NCBI GenBank assembly: GCA_951406725.2
Contig: OX597816.1
Location: 125,426,001 to 125,490,000, forward strand
Direction of reading: 5' to 3'
DNA from: Octopus vulgaris
Lineage: Eukaryota
Length of the DNA: 64,000 nt
Shown here piece by piece: positions 52,564-64,000 of this stretch. Below the pieces are notes generated by a model that searched no databases, was not told the DNA's origin, and saw nothing but the letters and a program-made list of their open reading frames with translations. The translations under genes were made by a program, and so were the position numbers. Every line of letters begins with the position of its first letter. The stretch's first letter is position 1.

Positions 52564-54490
52564 TTTAATCTGCATCTTTGTTACAGTCACTTACCGAGAC
52601 ACACCCAGTGTCCTGGGACGAGTGAAGGATAAGATATGTTACAGTATGATTGAAAGCTTGGAGAGGAGAAGCAGTGAAATATAACACAGACATTTAAATG
52701 GATAGGAGTTTTCAAAAGATGTGGGCAGTACTTGTTAGTACAATCTTTTGGATTTCTCTAAGATATGGCTTTCCTGGAATATTATCTAGATGTTTCTGAC
52801 ATCCCTTTTTATCATACATAGGGCACCTACAATTACAGGGACAGTCCTCGCTTTAAGATGCCACATCGTTTGTATTTCAGTTTCCAGGTCCTTATATTTA
52901 GTTAATTTATCAAATTCCTTTACAGGTATGTTTTTATCAGTGGGAACACTTACATCTATTAGTTTACAAATATTTTCTTCCCTGTCTTTAATAATAATGT
53001 CTGGTCGATTAGCCTGGATCGTTCTGTCAGTCTTGACTGAAAATTCCAGAGGGTAGTGACATTTTTACCTTCAACGACTGGCTCAGGATGATGTTCTTAC
53101 CAGTAAGCAGAAGTGCTGATTTTCTAGTGTTTACATATTTTCCAATGTATATACCCTATCATGGCGATTCTTGCATTCGTTTGGTGTCAGCACAGAACAT
53201 CCCGAGACGCGATGGTCTATTGTTTCGTCAAATGTGTCGCAGAATCTGCATTTAGGGTCACAAACGTTTCGAAGAACGTTAGCCTTGCATTTTTTTGTTT
53301 GTGAGCAAACTTTGATCTTGTTCCGCCAATATGAAACTTTCAGTCTCTGCTTTCAGTCCTGAACTTCTCAGCCATTGATGGGTTGTTGCTTGATCCATCA
53401 GCATTTCGACTTCGAAGTACATACTGTCCATTCAGAAGCTTCTGGCTCCATCGTTCCTCAATTTCCTCTTGGCCATTCTACCTTCTAAGAATTTGAGATG
53501 ACAGGCGAGGTCTTATATATCTCAAGGCCCTTGAGAATCCAATTATGTGGGACACTATTAAACGCTTTTCTGTTGTCTATCCATGACATACTCTAGATAT
53601 TTTGGTTCTAGCAATTCCCAACAATCATTTTACTTATGAGTAATTCATCTTTGCACTCATAGGAATTCCTTTTAACGACTTTTTGAACTTGTGGAAGGAT
53701 AGATCTCTGTTTAAGGAAAGCATATATTCTGTCAGTTAATACAGATGTGAAGATTTTTTAGGTGGTGATGACATATTATTATCGGTAGTTCTTTGGATTT
53801 TCTTAGTCATCAGCTTTTGGTAGAAGGCATGTTGTTCCCTCGGTCAGCCAGGCAGGTATAGGTATTTACTCTGGGTTCTGGATGACATCAGTCAGAGATG
53901 CAGCGAAATTTTGGTGCACTTCTGTCAGACAATTTAGCGAGAAGTTAGGAATTTGGTTCCAGTCCTGAGGTTTTCCATTTGTGAAACTTCCTAAGAACAC
54001 AGCTCTTCTATTCCTATTGCTCCCATTTCTGCTCTTCAACTTCATCCAGTCTCACTTTCTCACGCACTATGCAGTCATCTTTAGCATTTTATTCTTTTAT
54101 TTTATTTTTTATTTTTGCTCCATATCCTCTTCCAGAACTCTCCCATTTTTTCCGTTTTAGTTGGCTCCTTTACGTCTCTATGACTTTTGCCAATTTCCCT
54201 AAAAAAATTCTTTGCATCCATCTTGAATATCTTGTTTCGTCGATAAAATTTGATTATTTTGTCATACCTTCTAAGCCGTTGGGCTTTCAGTTGTATCTGT
54301 TGTTTCAATTGTTCCTTGGTTGCAGAGAGGTTTATAAAATCTTTCATTTTATATTTTTGTTTGATTTTTCTGGCTCGTTTCGTCATAACATTATTTACTC
54401 CTCTAGCAAGTTCATCGAGAACTGATACTTCCGCCCGCAGAGATTCGATGTCTTTTTGTATTGCTACTTTCTACTTAGGAGGTCTACCAT
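52561..54490 (-). mobile_element. Decayed, internally deleted RLE retrotransposon, second family
   Basis: KQQIQLKAQRLRRY..FKMDAKNFFREI, WLTEGTT..PKNYR, MDNRKAFNSVPHNWI, CRFCDTFDETIDH and RPDIII..IDVSVP motifs. The central RT is missing. Confidence 0.85.
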
Positions 54491-54687
54491 CATCATCATC
54501 GTCGTCATCGTCGTCGTCGTCGTCATCATCATCGTCATCATCGTCATCATCATCATCATCATCATCATCGTCGTCGACGTCGTCATGGTCATCACCACCA
54601 CCACCATCACCAACATCATCACCACCAGCACCTCACCACCACTACCACTATCATCACCATCATCATCATTATTATTATTATTATTAT

Positions 54688-55220
54688 ACTGTCATTGCAC
54701 AACATCTAACGCTGGAGATGTACTTTGGTGTTAGCTGTTCACTACCAGTGATCTAGGGTAACACCACTAATTTTTCGAGCACCATCTGGAGTTTTCGAGC
54801 GGTTCCAAGCTGTGTTGTTTTCTGAAAGTGCTCCATGTTTATTGCAGTCGCTATTTGTTTCATGTACTTCTCAAGATCTTTACTTACTGTTCCCAGGGCT
54901 CCGGCAATTATTGGTACTACTACCAACTTTTTCATTGACCACAACTGCCAAACCTCCCAAGCAAACCTGTCACATCTATCGACTTTTCTTTTTTCTTTAT
55001 CGCATATCTTGTTGTCAGCTGGTGCATGCTATATCTATGATCGAGCATCGTTTGCTTTCTTTCTCAATTAACACTATACCTGGTTTCCTATTCTCCATCT
55101 CATGGTCCCATTGGATCATAAAATACCATAGGATCTTTGCATTATTATTTTCGATGTTACCTTCGAGTTTATGTTCGTACCACTTTTTTGCTGAGTCAAG
55201 TCCATGCATGTTGCAAGTAT
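54688..55220 (-). mobile_element. RLE endonuclease 3' fragment, third family, flanked by (ATT)n
   Basis: KWYEHK..KILWYF..RKPGIV..IIDIAC and VVPIIAGALGTVSK..LGTARKL. Confidence 0.85.
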
Positions 55221-55229
55221 TATCATTAC

Positions 55230-55296
<67 letters not shown>

Positions 55297-55342
55297 GTTA
55301 TTATTATTATTGTTATTATTATTATTATTCTTATTATTATTA

Positions 55343-59440
<4,098 letters not shown>

Positions 59441-59506
59441 GTTGTTGTTATTATTATTATCATCATCATTATTATAATTCTGGTTGTTGTTGTTGTTATT
59501 ATTGTT

Positions 59507-59911
59507 GAATGAGAGAGCGGTGCATACCATAAACGTGACACTGGAGTACAAATATATTAAGCACAGTATACCCATCATAACTACCCGTCTCATAAGGGTA
59601 CTCCAGACATATGCATTTCAACCATATATGCGTGACATGTTGATATCATATCAACGTAAACAGCGTATAAACTTGCATACCGGTCCCAGTTAGAATTGTT
59701 TTCAGGTTGAGTAGCTTCATCGCACTTAAAAGTTCCCTGAATATGATTTATTTAACACTGATGTTTCCAAGTGTAAATTATTCCAAAGAATACTTCTCAA
59801 AATATAGCTATGATCTGCATTTGCTCGTGGTCACAAGTTCACATATCGTCCACCGCAAAGAGACATGCTCAACTATTTAAGCTCAAGCGAGAAGTAAATC
59901 TTTGGTATTGA
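59507..59911 (-). mobile_element. Diverged, 5'-truncated copy of the 556-nt unit
   Basis: Aligns to 51949 onward with substitutions and deletions; same junction to the microsatellite. Confidence 0.8.
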
Positions 59912-59949
59912 CCAAGGTATCTATTTTTAATATTATTATTATTATTATT

Positions 59950-60505
59950 GAGTGAGAGAGTAGTTCATGCCATCAAAGTGACACTGGGGTAAAATATACG
60001 AAGCCCAATATACCCATCATGACTACCCGTCTGATAAAGGTTCACCAGGCACATGCATCACAACCATATGTGCGCGACATGGTGATCTCATATCAAGATA
60101 AACAGCACATGACCTTGCAGGTGGGGCCCAGTTAGAATTTTCTTCAGGTTGAGTAGCCCATCCCGCTCAAAAGGTCCCTGAATAAGGGTTGTTTAAGGAT
60201 GTTGAAAGAACCACCCATGTTTCCAGAGGTGAACTATTCAAACCCCAAAGAATACCTCTCAACACATGGCTATGATGCTCCCCCACTACTTCTGCTCGTG
60301 ATCAGAGATGCACATATTGTCAGCCACTAAGGGACATGCTCAACTGGTTAAGGTCAAACAACTGACAAGCAAATCTGTGGTATTGAGCAGAATATTTGCT
60401 GTAGCCCATCTTTTATACCAAGACAAAACAATGTACATGATAACACTTCCAATCAGTTAAGATCAGAAGCCATGAGAGCCACTGCCTGGTACTGCATCAG
60501 GGCAT
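59950..60505 (-). mobile_element. 556-nt unit, full-length copy
   Basis: Only two differences from 51949-52504 seen by eye, both near 59961-59965. Confidence 0.88.
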
Positions 60506-60591
<86 letters not shown>

Positions 60592-61094
60592 GAGTGAGAG
60601 AGTAGTGCATGCCATCAAGTGATTCTGGCGTAAAATATACGATGCCCAGTATACCCATCATGACTACTTGTCTGATAAGGGTACACTAGGCACATGCATC
60701 ACAACCATATGTACGCGACATGGTGATCTCATATCAAGATAAACAGCATATGACTTGCAGGTAGGGCCCAGTTAGAATTTCCTTCTGGTCGAGTAACCCA
60801 TCCCGCTAAAAGGTCCCTGAATAAGGGTTGTTTAAGGATGTTGAACGAAACATTCATATTTCCAGATGTGAATTATTCAAACCCCAAAAGTACTCGCAAC
60901 ATATAGCTATAATGCTCCTCCACTACTTCTGCTCTTGATCAGAGATGCACATATCGTCAGCCACTAAGGGACATGTTCATCTGGTTAAGGTCAAGCAACG
61001 GACAAGCAAGTCTGTGGTATTGAGCAGATTATTTGCTGTAGCCCATCTTTTATACCAAGACAAAACAATGTACATGATAAACTTCCAATCAGTT
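60592..61094 (-). mobile_element. 556-nt unit, variant copy truncated ~45 nt at the 5' end
   Basis: Homologous to the unit and near-identical to 61486-61990. Confidence 0.8.
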
Positions 61095-61424
61095 TAAATC
61101 AATATATCCACTTTCTGTCGTCTTCTAATATTTTTTATAGCATACATACATAATACATAAATACAGACAACATACATATAATGTATATGATAAATATACA
61201 GCCACTGTATTGTATATAAAAGCCGAAAGTTAGTAAAATTTAACTTCATAGTACGTACAAGACTATCTAAATATAAATTACAAAATTATTATTGAATATG
61301 AATAGCATATTAGTTAATAGAATTATGTTTGAAAACGGACAAGAATTATTATTACATTAAACTTTAGACTAATCTTTATACCAAGACAAACAATGTACAT
61401 GATAACACTTTATGCATCAGGGCA

Positions 61425-61485
<61 letters not shown>

Positions 61486-61990
61486 GAGTGAGAGAGTAGT
61501 GCATGCCATCAAGTGATTCTGGCGTAAAATATACGATGCCCAGTATACCCATCATGACTACTTGTCTGATAAGGGTACACTAGGCACATGCATCACAACC
61601 ATATGTACGCGACATGGTGATCTCATATCAAGATAAACAGCATATGACTTGCAGGTAGGGCCCAGTTAGAATTTCCTTCTGGTCGAGTAACCCATCCCGC
61701 TAAAAGGTCCCTGAATAAGGGTTGTTTAAGGATGTTGAACGAAACATTCATATTTCCAGATGTGAATTATTCAAACCCCCAAAAGTACTCGCAACATATA
61801 GCTATAATGCTCCTCCACTACTTCTGCTCTTGATCAGAGATGCACATATCGTCAGCCACTAAGGGACATGTTCATCTGGTTAAGGTCAAGCAACGGACAA
61901 GCAAGTCTGTGGTATTGAGCAGATTATTTGCTGTAGCCCATCTTTTATACCAAGACAAAACAATGTACATGATAATACTTCCAATCAGTT
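61486..61990 (-). mobile_element. 556-nt unit, variant copy truncated ~45 nt at the 5' end
   Basis: Starts at the (ATT)n|GAGTGAGAGAG junction and ends at CCAATCAGTT into unique sequence. Confidence 0.85.
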
Positions 61991-62470
61991 GTACAATAGA
62001 TTTGCCCATATCATATCACACTTTTCTCGTCTGTCTTCCTCAATATTTGTTTGCACACACACACACATATATACATGCATACATACATACATACATAAAT
62101 ACATACATACATACATATAATGTATATGTATATATGTATATACATATATATTATATCATACTGTATTGTATATAAAAGCCGAAAGTTAGTAAAATTTAAC
62201 TTCATAGTATCCAATAACGTACAAGACTATCTAAATAACTAAATTATCGTCAAAGATTATTATTGAAATATGAATAGAATAAATATTAGTAGAAACCTAA
62301 TAGAATTAGGTGTTTGAAAACGGACAAGTTAATTATAGCCGAATTACATTAAACTTTAGACTAATTCTCTAAAATCGTAAAATGTACAGAACTCTAAGAT
62401 AATACGTGTCCGCTCAATTTCATGGTACACACGCACGTGTGTGTGTGTTGTTACACTAATATTGAATAGT

Positions 62471-62512
<42 letters not shown>

Positions 62513-62789
62513 CATATGTACGTGTATATGTATGTATGCATCATGTTTGCCTACGTGTAAAATAATTGCGTAAATGATTATATTTCACTTTGCACTGAAT
62601 CTATCAGACACTATTGCGATTCACAGTTGGAACTAAATGCCTCATGTGATGTCGCCTTATGTCCTACAAATATGCTTAATACCAACCAATTACATTTCTG
62701 TTTCGTATACATTCGTCATTTTGTACATCTAAGAATTCGATATGCAGAAAATGAAGTAAACTTTAGCTTTTCAATAAGTATTCTCTCGT

Positions 62790-62970
62790 TAAGGTGGAGA
62801 GCAAGCAGAATCATTGCCACGTTTTCCGTTCTGAGTTCAAATTCCACGGAGGTCGATTTTACCTTTCATCATTTCGCGGTTAATATAATAAGTACCAGTT
62901 GTTCACTGAGGCTATATAATCGATTTACACTTGCTCTGAATTTGCTGATCTAGAACAAAAATTTGAAATC
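62790..62970 (+). mobile_element. Degenerate SINE
   Basis: AAGGTGGAGAGC..GCAGAATC..GTTCTGAGTTCAAATTCC..TTTGAAATC; same family as 9757. Confidence 0.7.
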
Positions 62971-64000
62971 AGTATATATTCTCTCATTGTATTCCCGTGC
63001 TTTTATCTCCTGCAAAACACCTTGAGGAGCTCTCTGCAGCATGTCACCTTTTCCCTTTTTTCTTTTCTTTCTCTTTCATTCTCTTGTTTTACTTTCTTCA
63101 ATATATTCTCTCCTATGATCCTGAATTCATTACGATCGCCTTTTTTTTTTAGCAAATAATCGTCTTCACATCTTTACATTAGTCTCAAGAATCCCTTTTT
63201 TAAATTTCCAATATAATTCGTTCTCAAAGAGAACGTTACTTTTCCACTGTCCGTTCTGTTTATGAATCTCTGTTTGCAGACATTAAGAGAAAGCTGGATT
63301 AACAGTGCCTGTTAACCACAAACAACTTAATGCAATATTCAATAGCAAGCTGTTTTATGATAGTGCTGTATTGTATCGACTTCTTCTTACAAACTACGGA
63401 TCATTAAAAGGAAACCGAAATCCTTCTCTAAATAGATTGTTACAAAAATGCAGTGCTTTATTAATATTTTCAAATGCGGTTGCAAAGGTTTTATAAAGAG
63501 ATGCATAAATTGGCACTATAATAAATAAGCGAAGACTTTCATTCCATTTTATTGTTTCTGTTCATGATAATGTATAATACTTTCTCTTCAAAACTCTTGC
63601 GTCCTTCTCACAATAGATAATTTTCAAAATAATTTGCTGTTTATTTCTATTGGTAGATTTTTTAATGCATCACATTTTTGTTCTGTAATACCATTTCAAT
63701 GCATAAATGTACTGCTCGAGTGTGATTTTCACCAATAACATATCACCACAAACTATTGATTAATTTGCTGTAAAAGTTTTCAGGGAGGGGATAGTCAGTT
63801 GAAACAATAGCAGTATATGCCATTATATGCCATATACTTATTTTATTGATTACAGAAGGATGAAACGTAAAGTTAATTCCGATGGGACTATGGCTCAAAG
63901 CATAGAGGGACGAAACTAAATAATGTAAGGCAGTCTGTCTGGTGTTCTAACCATTCTATCATTTGCCTTGTTTCGAGAAGAGAAAATATTCAATACGGTA

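Overview
AT-rich, microsatellite-dense animal genomic DNA. The SINE families and repeat landscape look cephalopod (Octopus-like); this is inference. I find no intact host protein-coding gene, and most ORFs in the track are microsatellite read-throughs or antisense shadows. The window is a transposon graveyard: five mariner relics, CR1/L2-type LINE pieces, Penelope-like (PLE) RT and GIY-YIG fragments, a non-autonomous Helitron, a Merlin/IS1595-type transposase fragment and tRNA-derived SINEs, plus faint host pseudogene relics (class A GPCR, possibly cadherin and a type II membrane protein). Two patterns stand out. (1) At 50.9-62 kb an (ATT)n tract holds a same-orientation nest of several R4/Dong-like RLE retrotransposon families, one nearly full length. 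Interleaved are five copies of a ~556-nt non-coding unit with no tRNA head and strong predicted structure, whose fixed 3' and variable 5' ends suggest a parasite of the same microsatellite-targeting machinery. (2) (TA)n tracts carry PLE-type inserts with fold-back palindromes, including a 600-bp inverted repeat with two minimal hammerhead ribozyme motifs. Coordinates of decayed elements are approximate, and all family calls come from motif reading by eye.
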